Source: Clostridia bacterium (lineage in GTDB: Bacteria > Bacillota > Clostridia > UMGS1883). Taken from it: DNA of 62,166 nt. Below, one piece after another: positions 39,813 to 49,968 of the stretch. The stretch lies in contig JAZORN010000060.1 of NCBI GenBank assembly GCA_045656645.1, positions 1 to 62,166 of the forward strand, read 5' to 3'. Position numbers and translations under genes: made by a program. The first letter of the stretch is position 1. The number at the start of each line of letters is the position of its first letter. A model generated the notes under the pieces. The model did no database searches. It was not told the origin of the DNA and was given only the letters and a program-made list of their open reading frames with translations.

Positions 39813-40562
39813 TTATTCGTAATCTACCACATCTACCCAGGAGAGCAGGAATTCACGTTCTTTTTCATTGCCCTTGACAGACTGCGAAGCTGCAACAATA
39901 GGCATCCATTTCTGAACGTACTGTTTTGCGGTATCGCTCTTTTTGCAGAACAAATCAAGGTATGCTTCTGCTCCTGAAATGTCACCTGCAAGATGGAATA
40001 AAAGATATGTTCTTGCAACATCTGCTGATGCATTACCCTGCGTTGCGTGTGACCAGTCCAAAATATAGGGGGTGCCGTCTTCGCCTATTATAATGTTTGA
40101 CGGGTTAAAATCCCCGTGACAAACCTTTGTATGCTTAGGCATACCCTCAAGCCTTGTGTGAAGCTCATAACGTGTTGTTGCATCAAGATTAGATTCACTG
40201 ATTTTACGGTTCATCTTATCCTTGAGCTTATTAAGAAGGGGTGCTTTCTTTGAATGAACTTCAAGCTGAAGGTCAACCAGAAGCTCAAGATATTCCTCTT
40301 TCTTATCTTCGTTTTCTTTCATAAGCTGAGAAAGCGTCTTTCCTTCAATATATTCAGATACAATCGCCCATTTGCCGTCTATTAATGTTACCTCTGAAAT
40401 TTTAGGAATGTTAAGCTCTGTTTCTTCAATTCTTGCCTGATTTAAAGCTTCGTTAAGAACATCTGCCTTTGAAAAGCATTCATCAAAAACCTTAATACAT
40501 CTGTCACCGTCACGGTAGATTTTTTTATTTTTTCTCTCAGAAATCAAATTATCAAGTTTCAT
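39813..40562 (-). CDS. APH/choline-kinase-like phosphotransferase
   Basis: CHGDFNPSN, ILDW; cotranscribed after adhE. Confidence 0.88.
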   Translation of the reverse strand: MKLDNLISERKNKKIYRDGDRCIKVFDECFSKADVLNEALNQARIEETELNIPKISEVTLIDGKWAIVSEYIEGKTLSQLMKENEDKKEEYLELLVDLQLEVHSKKAPLLNKLKDKMNRKISESNLDATTRYELHTRLEGMPKHTKVCHGDFNPSNIIIGEDGTPYILDWSHATQGNASADVARTYLLFHLAGDISGAEAYLDLFCKKSDTAKQYVQKWMPIVAASQSVKGNEKEREFLLSWVDVVDYE

Positions 40563-40583
40563 ATTCAAAATCCTCCAAATATT

Positions 40584-43229
40584 TTAGATGTTATTTACAG
40601 TGGGCATCGCTTTTTCCTCAAAATGTTTGCCGTAGTAGGCATTGAGGTACATCTGTTTAATTTCTGACATAAGCGGATAACGGGGATTTGCACCTGTGCA
40701 CTGGTCGTCAAATGCCTGCTCTGTCATTTCGTCAAGGTTATCAAGGAATACCTTTTCATCAATGCCGTAATCCTTAATTGTTTCTTTAATACCAACCTTA
40801 GCCTTAAGGTCATTTATAAGTTTAATAAGTCCCTCAAGCTTCTCACTGTCATTATTACCCTTAACACCGAGGTAATCGGCAACTTCAGCGTAACGTGCAA
40901 GTGTATGGGGATGATCATACTGCGAGAATGTACCCATTTTTGCGGGTGCCTCGCTCGCATTAAATCTTATAACCTCTTCAATCATAAGCGCGTTTGCAAC
41001 ACCGTGGGGCAAATGATGGAAAGCACCCAGCTTATGCGCCATAGAGTGGCATATACCGAGGAATGCATTTGCAAATGCCATACCCGCCATTGTAGCGGCA
41101 TTAGCCATCTTTTCCCTTGCTTCTATATCTGTCTGCCCGTTTTCGTAAGCTCGGGGAAGGTATTCAAAGATTGTTTTAAGTGCCTTGAGGGCAAGACCGT
41201 CTGTATAGTCGGTTGCAAGCATTGCAGCATATGCCTCAACTGCGTGTGTTACGGCATCAATACCTGATGCGGCAGTTAATCCCTTGGGTGCTGACATATG
41301 GAAATCTGTGTCAACAATAGCCATATCAGGCATAAGCTCGTAATCTGCAAGGGGGTATTTAACTCCCGTCTTCTCGTCTGTAATAACTGCAAAGGGGGTA
41401 ACCTCGCTGCCCGTACCTGCAGAAGTGGGAATTGCAATAAAGTATGCTTTCTCACCCATCTTCGGGAATGTGTAAACTCTCTTTCTGATATCAATAAATC
41501 TCATTGCCATATCCATAAAGTCAGCCTCGGGATGCTCATAGAGCACCCACATAATTTTAGCCGCATCCATTGCACTGCCACCACCGAGTGCGATGATTGT
41601 GTCAGGCTTAAATGAGTGCATCTGCGCAGCACCGTTTTTAGCGTTTAAAAGTGTCGGGTCAGGCTGTACATCAAAGAATGTGGTGTGAGCAATACCCATT
41701 TCATCAAGCTTATCTGTAATAGGCTTTGTATAACCGTTTTCATAGAGGAATGTATCTGTTACGATAAAGGCTCTCTTTTTACCCATTACATTTTTAAGCT
41801 CATCAAGTGCTACGGGCAGGCAGCCTTTCTTAATATATACCTTTTCAGGTGCACGGAACCAAAGCATATTTTCCCTTCTTTCTGCTACTGTCTTAATATT
41901 TAAAAGATGTTTTACACCAACATTATCTGATACCGAGTTACCGCCCCAGGAACCGCAACCGAGTGTAAGTGACGGGGCAAGCTTGAAGTTATAAAGGTCA
42001 CCGATACCACCGTGAGAAGAAGGGGTATTAACCAAAATTCGGCAGGTTTTCATACGTGCGGCAAACTCGTTAATCTTTTCTTTCTCTGTAACTTCGTTAA
42101 GATATACAGAAGATGTATGACCAAAGCCACCGTCTTCAACCAGTCTTTCTGCCTTACTGAGTGCATCTTCAAAGCTCTTTGCCTTATACATTGCAAGAAC
42201 GGGAGAAAGCTTTTCGTGTGCAAACTCTTCTGAAAGCTCAACACTTTCTACCTCTCCGATAAGGATTTTTGTTCCCTCGGGAACTTTTACACCTGAAAAC
42301 TCTGCAATTTTATACGCACTCTGACCAACGATTTTAGCATTTAATGCTCCGTTGATTATAATTGTTTTTCTTACCTTTTCTGTTTCTTCTTCATTTAGGA
42401 AATAACAGCCTCTTACGGCAAACTCTTTCTTAACTGTATCGTAAATACTTTCAAGCACTATTACCGACTGCTCTGATGCACAAATCATACCGTTATCAAA
42501 GGTCTTTGAGTGAATGATAGAGTTTACTGCAAGCAGAATATCTGCACTCTCATCTATAATTGCAGGGGTGTTTCCTGCACCAACGCCAAGTGCGGGCTTA
42601 CCGCTTGAATATGCTGCCTTAACCATTCCGGGGCCGCCCGTAGCAAGGATTATGTCAGCCTCTTTCATAACTGTATTTGTCATATCAAGACTGGGAACGT
42701 CAATCCAGTCAATAATTCCTTCGGGTGCACCTGCCTCAACTGCTGCTTCCAGAATAAGTTTTGCCGCTGCGATTGTAGAGTTTTTCGCTCTCGGATGAGG
42801 AGAAATTATAATGGCATTTCTTGTTTTAAGAGCTAAAAGGCACTTAAAAATTGCCGTTGATGTAGGGTTTGTTGTGGGGATAACTGCGGCAATTACACCG
42901 ATAGGCTCAGCAATTTTCTTTATACCATAAGACTTATCTTCCTCAATAACCCCGCAGGTTTTCGTTTCTTTATATGCATTGTAGATATATTCTGATGCAT
43001 AGTTATTTTTTATAACCTTATCTTCTACAATACCCATACCTGTTTCCTCTACTGCCATTTTTGCAAGGGGAATTCTTGCTTTATTTGCAGCACTTGCTGC
43101 AGCTAAGAAAATTTTGTCAACCTGTTCCTGTGTATACGTTGCAAAAATCTTCTGTGCTTCTCTTGTGCGAAGGATTGCTTCTTCAAGCTTTTCAACGCTG
43201 TCTACAATTTCATAATTCTTTTTGTCCAT
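40584..43229 (-). CDS. adhE: bifunctional acetaldehyde-CoA/alcohol dehydrogenase
   Basis: PTTNPTST, CASEQ, GCGSWG, GGGSAMD, HSMAH. Confidence 0.98.
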   Translation of the reverse strand: MDKKNYEIVDSVEKLEEAILRTREAQKIFATYTQEQVDKIFLAAASAANKARIPLAKMAVEETGMGIVEDKVIKNNYASEYIYNAYKETKTCGVIEEDKSYGIKKIAEPIGVIAAVIPTTNPTSTAIFKCLLALKTRNAIIISPHPRAKNSTIAAAKLILEAAVEAGAPEGIIDWIDVPSLDMTNTVMKEADIILATGGPGMVKAAYSSGKPALGVGAGNTPAIIDESADILLAVNSIIHSKTFDNGMICASEQSVIVLESIYDTVKKEFAVRGCYFLNEEETEKVRKTIIINGALNAKIVGQSAYKIAEFSGVKVPEGTKILIGEVESVELSEEFAHEKLSPVLAMYKAKSFEDALSKAERLVEDGGFGHTSSVYLNEVTEKEKINEFAARMKTCRILVNTPSSHGGIGDLYNFKLAPSLTLGCGSWGGNSVSDNVGVKHLLNIKTVAERRENMLWFRAPEKVYIKKGCLPVALDELKNVMGKKRAFIVTDTFLYENGYTKPITDKLDEMGIAHTTFFDVQPDPTLLNAKNGAAQMHSFKPDTIIALGGGSAMDAAKIMWVLYEHPEADFMDMAMRFIDIRKRVYTFPKMGEKAYFIAIPTSAGTGSEVTPFAVITDEKTGVKYPLADYELMPDMAIVDTDFHMSAPKGLTAASGIDAVTHAVEAYAAMLATDYTDGLALKALKTIFEYLPRAYENGQTDIEAREKMANAATMAGMAFANAFLGICHSMAHKLGAFHHLPHGVANALMIEEVIRFNASEAPAKMGTFSQYDHPHTLARYAEVADYLGVKGNNDSEKLEGLIKLINDLKAKVGIKETIKDYGIDEKVFLDNLDEMTEQAFDDQCTGANPRYPLMSEIKQMYLNAYYGKHFEEKAMPTVNNI

Positions 43230-43380
43230 TTTAATAATCCTCCTATATTTGATTACTCTGTCTTCTTCAAAATACTATTCTTTTTCCATAGTCAGTATCA
43301 TAACATTATTTTTTTATTTTGGGAATTATTAAAATGTTTAATCGGTATTATCAATATCGATAACCCTTTATTTATTTCTT

Positions 43381-43423
43381 AAACAAAAAAGCCCGACTCT
43401 TAAAAAGTCGGGCTTTTTTGTTT
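43381..43423 (-). terminator. terminator after LysR gene
   Basis: AAACAAAAAAGCCCGACT...AGTCGGGCTTTTTTGTTT. Confidence 0.85.
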
Positions 43424-44345
43424 AAGAAAACATTTTTCTTTTAGAATCAGATAGCTGAGCTATAAATCTGCGGTCAATTTCACTTAGCTTATATCCCTTT
43501 TTGCGAATTAAAACATCTTTATAAATTTTTTTATTTTCCACACATTTTTTCTGCACAAGATTATACCTTTTAAGAAGGCTTTCGGGTACGGGAGAGACCC
43601 ACATAAAAGTCTGCGTGTTCGTACTAAGTAAATCAAACTGACTTGCCCGCTCAAAAATATATATTCTTCTGTCAATATTATCAGGAAGCTCCTCCTTTAT
43701 AACTTTTGATAAAGGCATAGAAGGAACAAACGGATCTGCGTGTGCTATCTCTATATAGTCAGTTAAATCATCAAAGGTAATTTCTTCTTTCTTTGCAAGA
43801 GGGTTTTCTGCGCTCATTATCAGAGAATAGCTAAACTCCGTTACAAGGTCATATACGAAACCTTTTTCATCAAGCATTGCCTTAAAATATTTATCATAAT
43901 TTTCGGCATATCTTATGATTCCAAGCTTGTAATCATGATTAATCATATTATGAATTGTCCGCTGGGAATTAGTTTCTTTATAAAATATTTCGGCACTGTC
44001 CTTAGTAAGTGTCTTTGAAAATTCAGCAAATGCTTCTGATATATAGCAGGCACGGGGAACGGAAATAGAGAATCTTTGTTTATTTGGCGCACCGTCTTTA
44101 TAATATTTTTCAACAGACTCAATCTGGGCGAGGATTCCTTTGGCAAAATTTATAAACTCCTCTCCTTCGGGAGTTAAGCACATACCTTTCGTTGTTCTGT
44201 CAAAAATAGTTATCCCTAAATCAAGTTCAAGCTCCTTTATTGAACGGCTGATATTAGGCACAGCAATCAGCAAAGATTCCGATGCTTTATTAAGAGAACC
44301 TGCCTTTGCAACCTCAACTGCATATTTCATGTGTAATATATTCAT
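43422..44345 (-). CDS. LysR family transcriptional regulator
   Basis: GSLNKASESL..PNISRSIKELE..LTPEG. Confidence 0.93.
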   Translation of the reverse strand: MNILHMKYAVEVAKAGSLNKASESLLIAVPNISRSIKELELDLGITIFDRTTKGMCLTPEGEEFINFAKGILAQIESVEKYYKDGAPNKQRFSISVPRACYISEAFAEFSKTLTKDSAEIFYKETNSQRTIHNMINHDYKLGIIRYAENYDKYFKAMLDEKGFVYDLVTEFSYSLIMSAENPLAKKEEITFDDLTDYIEIAHADPFVPSMPLSKVIKEELPDNIDRRIYIFERASQFDLLSTNTQTFMWVSPVPESLLKRYNLVQKKCVENKKIYKDVLIRKKGYKLSEIDRRFIAQLSDSKRKMFS

Positions 44346-44513
44346 AAAAAAGCACCTGCCTTCTTTTATTTCGATATTATAATATCAGTTTATGGTTTGG
44401 ATGTCAATATTTTCTCAATAGCGAAAATGGCGGTTTTTTCATTCTTTAAACTATTGAAATACTTTTTATATTATGCTATACTAAGTTTTGTATCGAAAGG
44501 AGTGTTTTGATAT

Positions 44514-45449
44514 ATGGAAAAAAAGGAACATATGACTTCCATTGGCGGCAGTGCCGTTATGGAGGGTGTTATGATGCGTGGTCCCAAGGAAATTGCCACT
44601 GCAGTGCGTAAGAGCGACGGGGAAATAGAGCTTGATAAAAGAGCTGTAAGCTCCCTTGTTACAAAATATCACGTTAATAAAATACCCGTTATCAGGGGTG
44701 TATTTTCATTTTTTGATTCTATGATTTGCAGTATACGTGCACTTATGTGGAGTGCAGAGTTTGTGGACTTAGAGGACGAGACGAGTGAGTCAAAGTTTGA
44801 CAAATGGCTTTCTGACAAATTCGGTGACAAGGTTAAGGATATTGTAATCTACTTTTCCCTTTTTGTTGCAATGATTTTTTCAATAGGCCTGTTCTTTATA
44901 CTGCCTAATATTATTACGGGATTTTTAGGAGGCTTTATTAAAAGTAACCTGTTAAAAACGCTGATTGAGGGTATTGTTCGAATTGCAATTTTCCTCGGCT
45001 ATGTTTTAGCCGTTTCGCAGATGGAGGATATAAAGCGTGTTTTCCAGTATCACGGGGCAGAGCATAAGACAATTTTCTGCTATGAGGCAGGTCTTGACCT
45101 TACGGTTGAAAATGCACGCAATATGTCACGTCTTCACCCAAGATGCGGCACAAGCTTCCTTGTTTTTGTAATGGTTATAAGTATTGTCCTCTTCTCCTTT
45201 ATATCGTGGGACAATATGTGGACACGCCTTGGAATGAGGCTTTTGCTCCTTCCCGTAGTTGCAGGTATCAGCTATGAAATAATCCGTTGGGCAGGCAAAA
45301 GCAAAAGCAAGGTTGTTTGTATTATAAGCAGGCCCGGAATGTGGCTTCAGAAGATTACCACACGTGAGCCTGACGACAGTCAGCTTGAAGTTGCAATCAC
45401 CGCAATGAAGGCTGTCCTGACAGATAATAAAGAGGACGACAAATGGTAA
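44514..45449 (+). CDS. DUF1385 (YqhQ-like) membrane protein
   Basis: IGGSAVMEGVMM, YHGAEHK, HPRCGTSF. Confidence 0.93.
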   Translation: MEKKEHMTSIGGSAVMEGVMMRGPKEIATAVRKSDGEIELDKRAVSSLVTKYHVNKIPVIRGVFSFFDSMICSIRALMWSAEFVDLEDETSESKFDKWLSDKFGDKVKDIVIYFSLFVAMIFSIGLFFILPNIITGFLGGFIKSNLLKTLIEGIVRIAIFLGYVLAVSQMEDIKRVFQYHGAEHKTIFCYEAGLDLTVENARNMSRLHPRCGTSFLVFVMVISIVLFSFISWDNMWTRLGMRLLLLPVVAGISYEIIRWAGKSKSKVVCIISRPGMWLQKITTREPDDSQLEVAITAMKAVLTDNKEDDKW

Positions 45450-46252
45450 GAGAGCTTCTTAAAAATGCTGCGTTGCGCCTTACAAATTCAGATACACCGA
45501 TGCTTGATGCTCGGGTACTGCTTGCAAAAGTAATGGGCGCAGAAAATGCCGCTATGATTTTTAATATGCCCGATGAAAAGCAAATAAAAACTTTTCAGGA
45601 ATATATCTCAAGACGTCAAAATGGTGAACCTGTGGCATATATACTCGGTGAAAAGGAATTTATGGGATTTACATTCCATCTTAATTCTGACACCCTTATC
45701 CCAAGGCCCGACACAGAATGTCTTGTTGAAAAGGTGATTGAGCTTAACCCTATCTCTGCCCCAAAAATTCTTGATTTATGTACGGGCAGCGGTTGTATCG
45801 GAATAAGCCTTGCAAAAATGATTGATAAAAGCACTCTTGAGCTTACCGATATTTCAGAGGGTGCACTTTCTATGGCAAAGTTAAACGCTACTGAGCTTTT
45901 AGCAAATGACAAAGCAAAGGTTTATCTCCTTGACATTCTAAACGAGGAAATCTGCGGAAAGTATGATATTATTACCGCCAATCCCCCGTACATTGAAAGG
46001 GAAATCGCAAAAAATCTCCCCGTGAGTGAGTATGAGCCTATGCGTGCACTTGACGGCGGTGAAGACGGACTTACCTTTTACAAGGCAATTTCAAAGAAAG
46101 CATTTTCCGCACTTAATAAAGGCGGTATGCTTGCCCTTGAAATCGGATATGACCAAAAAGAAAAGGTATGCTCTCTTCTCACAGATTTTTCAGAGGTTTT
46201 GGACTTTAAAGACTATGGCGGAAATGACAGAGTAATTATATGTTTTAAATGA
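45443..46252 (+). CDS. prmC: release factor glutamine methyltransferase
   Basis: LIPRPDTE, DLCTGSG, NPPY. Confidence 0.96.
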   Translation: MVRELLKNAALRLTNSDTPMLDARVLLAKVMGAENAAMIFNMPDEKQIKTFQEYISRRQNGEPVAYILGEKEFMGFTFHLNSDTLIPRPDTECLVEKVIELNPISAPKILDLCTGSGCIGISLAKMIDKSTLELTDISEGALSMAKLNATELLANDKAKVYLLDILNEEICGKYDIITANPPYIEREIAKNLPVSEYEPMRALDGGEDGLTFYKAISKKAFSALNKGGMLALEIGYDQKEKVCSLLTDFSEVLDFKDYGGNDRVIICFK

Positions 46253-46266
46253 ACGAAAGAAGGAAC

Positions 46267-46461
46267 TCATTTTTCGAGTTCCTTCTTTCGTTCATTTAAA
46301 ACTTTAGGCACAACGTAAATTTCACTATACGATTCTGCCTCATCATAATTTTCAGGAGGAATTTGTATCATTCCCGTACATTCTGTGGCAGATGCCACAC
46401 CATTTTGCTTGCTTAACATATCAATGGCATAGTCATCTTCAGGAAGTCTTTTTTTATCCAT
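46267..46461 (-). CDS. small hypothetical protein
   Basis: 64 aa, ASATECTGMI motif, GGGTGA RBS. Confidence 0.7.
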   Translation of the reverse strand: MDKKRLPEDDYAIDMLSKQNGVASATECTGMIQIPPENYDEAESYSEIYVVPKVLNERKKELEK

Positions 46462-46508
46462 AAATCAATCACCCGATGCTATTATGCATCGGGTGATTGA
46501 TTTATATA

Positions 46509-48602
46509 CTATCTTACTCCAAAAAGAAGCTCACTGTAGTCAGGATACGGCCACATCGTACGGTCGCAAATAACTTCAAGCTCGTCTGAAACTGTGCGAA
46601 GCTCCTCCATATTCTTTATAACCGTATTGCAGTAGTAATCTGCCTCCTCCTGCGCATCGGTTATCTTCTCTGCCTCTTTAAGTGCATTTTCAAGACTTCT
46701 CGTTTTTTCAAGCATTTCGTCAAGAAGTGCTGATGCCTTTTCAATAATGCTTTCCTCGTAAGCGCCCTTAATGCCCTTCACTGCGCTACGCTTTGCAAGG
46801 AGTGTATTACTCAGGTTTCCTATGAACTCACTGACTGCGGGCATAATGTCTTTATTTGACATTTCAGCCATTGTCAGTGCCTCTATATTAAGTATCTTGC
46901 GATAGCTTTCGAGCATTACCTCAAGTCTGGAGCGCATCTCCACCTCTGAATACACACGGTGTGTTTCGAAAAGCTCTATATTTTTCTTTGCTACAAGATG
47001 CTTTAAAGCCTCAGGCGTTGTCTTAAGATTTAAAAGCCCTCTCTTCTCCGCCTCGCAAATCCATTTATCGTCATATCCGTTACCGTTAAAGATAATATGC
47101 TTATGTGCCTTTATAGTCTTTTTGATAAGATTATGAAGCGACGCCTCAAAATCAGGTGCACCCTCTATCTCGTCTGCAAACTGACGAAGGCTTTCAGCAA
47201 CTGCCGTATTAAGTACAACATTGACATCTGAAACAGATGCAGATGAGCCGAGCATTCTGAATTCAAACTTATTTCCCGTAAATGCAAACGGGCTTGTCCT
47301 GTTACGGTCTGTTGTATCCTTGGGAAATCTCGGTATTACGTGAACGCCGATTTTCATCTGTACCTTTTCACGTCCGTCATAGGATTTTCCCGTTTCAATC
47401 GCCTCTAAAATTTCACTTAATTCTTCTCCGAGGAAAATTGAAACAACTGCGGGCGGTGCCTCATTTGCACCGAGGCGGTGGTCATTTCCTGCACTTGCCA
47501 CGCTGATACGAAGTAAATCCTGATATTCGTCAACCGCCTTGATAACGGCACAAAGGAACATCAGAAACTGTGCGTTCTCATATGGTGTTTCACCCGGGTC
47601 AAGGAGGTTTTTACCGTTACTTGTTACCATTGACCAGTTGTTATGCTTGCCACTGCCGTTTACACCCTCAAACGGTTTTTCGTGCAAAAGACATACAAGA
47701 GAATGTCTGCGTGCAACCTTCTGCATCATTTCCATTGTGAGCTGATTGTGGTCAGCGGAAATATTTGTTGTTGTAAATATAGGTGCAAGCTCGTGCTGAG
47801 CGGGTGCAACCTCGTTATGCTCTGTCTTGGCAAGTATGCCGAGCTTCCAGAGTTCTTCATCAAGGTCACGCATAAACTCTGCCACCCTCGGCTTTATACT
47901 GCCGTAATAGTGGTCATCAAGCTCCTGTCCCTTTGGCGGTTTTGCACCAAAAAGCGTTCTGCCCGTAAAAATAAGGTCAGGACGTTTATTATAAATTTCT
48001 TCATCTACAAGGAAATATTCCTGTTCAGGTCCTACAGTTGTCTTAACACTCTTTACATTGTCATTGCCAAAGAGCCTGAGGATTCGCATAGCCTGCTTAT
48101 CAATAGCCTCCATCGAGCGCAGAAGCGGTGTCTTCTGGTCGAGTGCCTCACCCCCGTAGGAGCAGAATGCCGTAGGAATACAAAGCGTTTTATCCTTTAT
48201 AAACGCATAGCTTGTCGGGTCCCACGCAGTATATCCGCGTGCCTCAAACGTAGCACGAAGTCCGCCTGACGGAAAGCTTGACGCATCAGACTCACCCTGA
48301 ACAAGCTCTTTACCCGAAAACTCCATTATAACATTGGCATCATCTGTAGGCGAAATAAAGCTGTCGTGCTTTTCTGCGGTAATCCCTGTCATAGGCTGGA
48401 ACCAGTGTGTATAATGTGTTGCACCGTTTTCAATTGCCCAATCCTTCATTGCATTGGCAACAACGTTTGCAACATTAATATCAAGACGTTTTCCATCCTT
48501 TATGGTTTTCTGCATTGCCTTATATATATCCTTCGGAAGTCTTTCCTTCATAACGGTTGCATTAAAAACCATACTTGCAAATATTTCGGTTACATTGCTC
48601 AT
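46509..48602 (-). CDS. glnA: glutamine synthetase type III
   Basis: HWFQP, DASSFPSGG, HNEVAP, NGSGKH, DRNRTSPF; true ATG at 48602 after AAAGGGGAG. Confidence 0.96.
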   Translation of the reverse strand: MSNVTEIFASMVFNATVMKERLPKDIYKAMQKTIKDGKRLDINVANVVANAMKDWAIENGATHYTHWFQPMTGITAEKHDSFISPTDDANVIMEFSGKELVQGESDASSFPSGGLRATFEARGYTAWDPTSYAFIKDKTLCIPTAFCSYGGEALDQKTPLLRSMEAIDKQAMRILRLFGNDNVKSVKTTVGPEQEYFLVDEEIYNKRPDLIFTGRTLFGAKPPKGQELDDHYYGSIKPRVAEFMRDLDEELWKLGILAKTEHNEVAPAQHELAPIFTTTNISADHNQLTMEMMQKVARRHSLVCLLHEKPFEGVNGSGKHNNWSMVTSNGKNLLDPGETPYENAQFLMFLCAVIKAVDEYQDLLRISVASAGNDHRLGANEAPPAVVSIFLGEELSEILEAIETGKSYDGREKVQMKIGVHVIPRFPKDTTDRNRTSPFAFTGNKFEFRMLGSSASVSDVNVVLNTAVAESLRQFADEIEGAPDFEASLHNLIKKTIKAHKHIIFNGNGYDDKWICEAEKRGLLNLKTTPEALKHLVAKKNIELFETHRVYSEVEMRSRLEVMLESYRKILNIEALTMAEMSNKDIMPAVSEFIGNLSNTLLAKRSAVKGIKGAYEESIIEKASALLDEMLEKTRSLENALKEAEKITDAQEEADYYCNTVIKNMEELRTVSDELEVICDRTMWPYPDYSELLFGVR

Positions 48603-48619
48603 CGTACTACTCCCCTTTA

Positions 48620-48896
48620 CAACCGAAACGAAATAATCTAAACCTGCCCAAAATGGCTGAAAATCGGCTTTTTCTTCGTTGTCGGTCTTGAAATACGAAA
48701 CAGTATTCCTTCGCCCTGCCGCCTTGAAAAATCTCAATTTTGAGACATTTTGGGTTTATGAAATTTTTTGCGCGCTGTTTTTCGTCAGTACAAGGCAAAA
48801 ACGCAGTATATACTGTCGTATATGCAAGGCTTTTAACGCAGTAATGGCGGAAAACAGAAAGCAAAAAACAGAGTTTGGATTACTTCGTTTCGGTTG
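48620..48896 (+). mobile_element. 277-bp Y-shaped element, subfamily D, in the glnA 5' UTR
   Basis: CA-ACCGAAACGAA...TTCGTTTCGGT-TG; inverted copy of 18039-18315. Confidence 0.93.
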
Positions 48897-48936
48897 AAAA
48901 ACAAGTGCCGAAGAATCCCTCGGCACCTTCTACATT

Positions 48937-48965
48937 AATATACCATTTTATAAAATTTTTGTCAA
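48937..48965 (-). promoter_or_regulatory. sigma-A promoter of glnA
   Basis: TTGACA-17-TATATT with TGn. Confidence 0.75.
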
Positions 48966-48970
48966 CCATT

Positions 48971-49852
48971 TTACGCACGCGGGTGCGCTTTTTTATAAAT
49001 TTTCTTGATATTATTTCTGAGCACCTGATTATATATCCTCGTCGTGACAACATCTGTGTGCCCGAGCATCTGTGAAACGGCATTTATATCTGCACCGTTT
49101 TCAAGAAGATGCAGTGCAAAGCAATTCCTAAGTGTCTGTGCATTAATTTCAGTTTTAATACCTGCACTTTGTGCATAGCTTCTGAGAATTTTCCAGAACC
49201 CCTGCCTTGTAAGAGCCGTGCCTGAGCAGTTTACAAAAAGATTTTTTACTTTGTTTTCGCCGAGCATAAGTGGGCGTGCCTTTTTAATATATACCTCGAG
49301 CGCCTCCGTTGCCGCCTTACCGATAGGGATGTAGCGCTGATTTTTTCCTGACGAACAGCTCAGCATACCGCCACGCACATCAACGTCCCCGAGTGCAAGG
49401 TTTATAAGCTCTGACACTTTTATACCCGTAGCATATAAAAGCTCCAGCATTGCTCTGTCACGTATTCCTTTCAGGTCAGTTGTTTTAGGCTGTTTTAAAA
49501 GCTTTAATATTTCACGGTGGCTTATCGCCTCGGGAAGCTTTTTCTCAACACGTGGCACCTCCACCCCGTAAACAGGATTTGTTTTAACTCTGCCCTCTAG
49601 CAGCATAAAATGATAAAATTTACGCAGTGCTGCCGCATTGCGTGAAATGGTGGAGTTTGCCCTGCCGCTTTCCTTTAAATCCTCTATATAGGCATCAACC
49701 GCTTCTTTTTTAACGGTTAGTGCATTTTTTATGTTGTGCGATTTGAGGTATCCGAAAAACGCCTCCAAATCACGAAGATACGAAGAAAGTGTATTTTCAG
49801 AAAGCTTTTGCCCTCTGAGGCTTTCCTCATACTGTGCCACTAACTCTCTCAT
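48971..49852 (-). CDS. xerD: XerD/RipX-like tyrosine recombinase with atypical active site
   Basis: RDRAMLELLYATG, LTRQGFWK, LGH..TTRIY, HPRA end; follows spoIIM; start may be 49861. Confidence 0.9.
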   Translation of the reverse strand: MRELVAQYEESLRGQKLSENTLSSYLRDLEAFFGYLKSHNIKNALTVKKEAVDAYIEDLKESGRANSTISRNAAALRKFYHFMLLEGRVKTNPVYGVEVPRVEKKLPEAISHREILKLLKQPKTTDLKGIRDRAMLELLYATGIKVSELINLALGDVDVRGGMLSCSSGKNQRYIPIGKAATEALEVYIKKARPLMLGENKVKNLFVNCSGTALTRQGFWKILRSYAQSAGIKTEINAQTLRNCFALHLLENGADINAVSQMLGHTDVVTTRIYNQVLRNNIKKIYKKAHPRA

Positions 49853-49968
49853 TTTATCCAACCTGCCATATTAGTTTACATAATGTAGGAATTATTTTAC
49901 ACCCTTCCGTTTAAATTGTATATAACCAAATTGCACATATTTTCCATTTATTTTCAGTAGAAAATGCT

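Noticed and set aside
43320-43365. Rex operator upstream of adhE
   Set aside because: Poor match to TTGTTAA-N4-TTAACAA; only a weak TTATC-N6-GATAA palindrome is present.
48603-48737. 45-aa N-terminal extension of GlnA in the ORF track
   Set aside because: It reads through the repeat; the good RBS is at ATG 48602.
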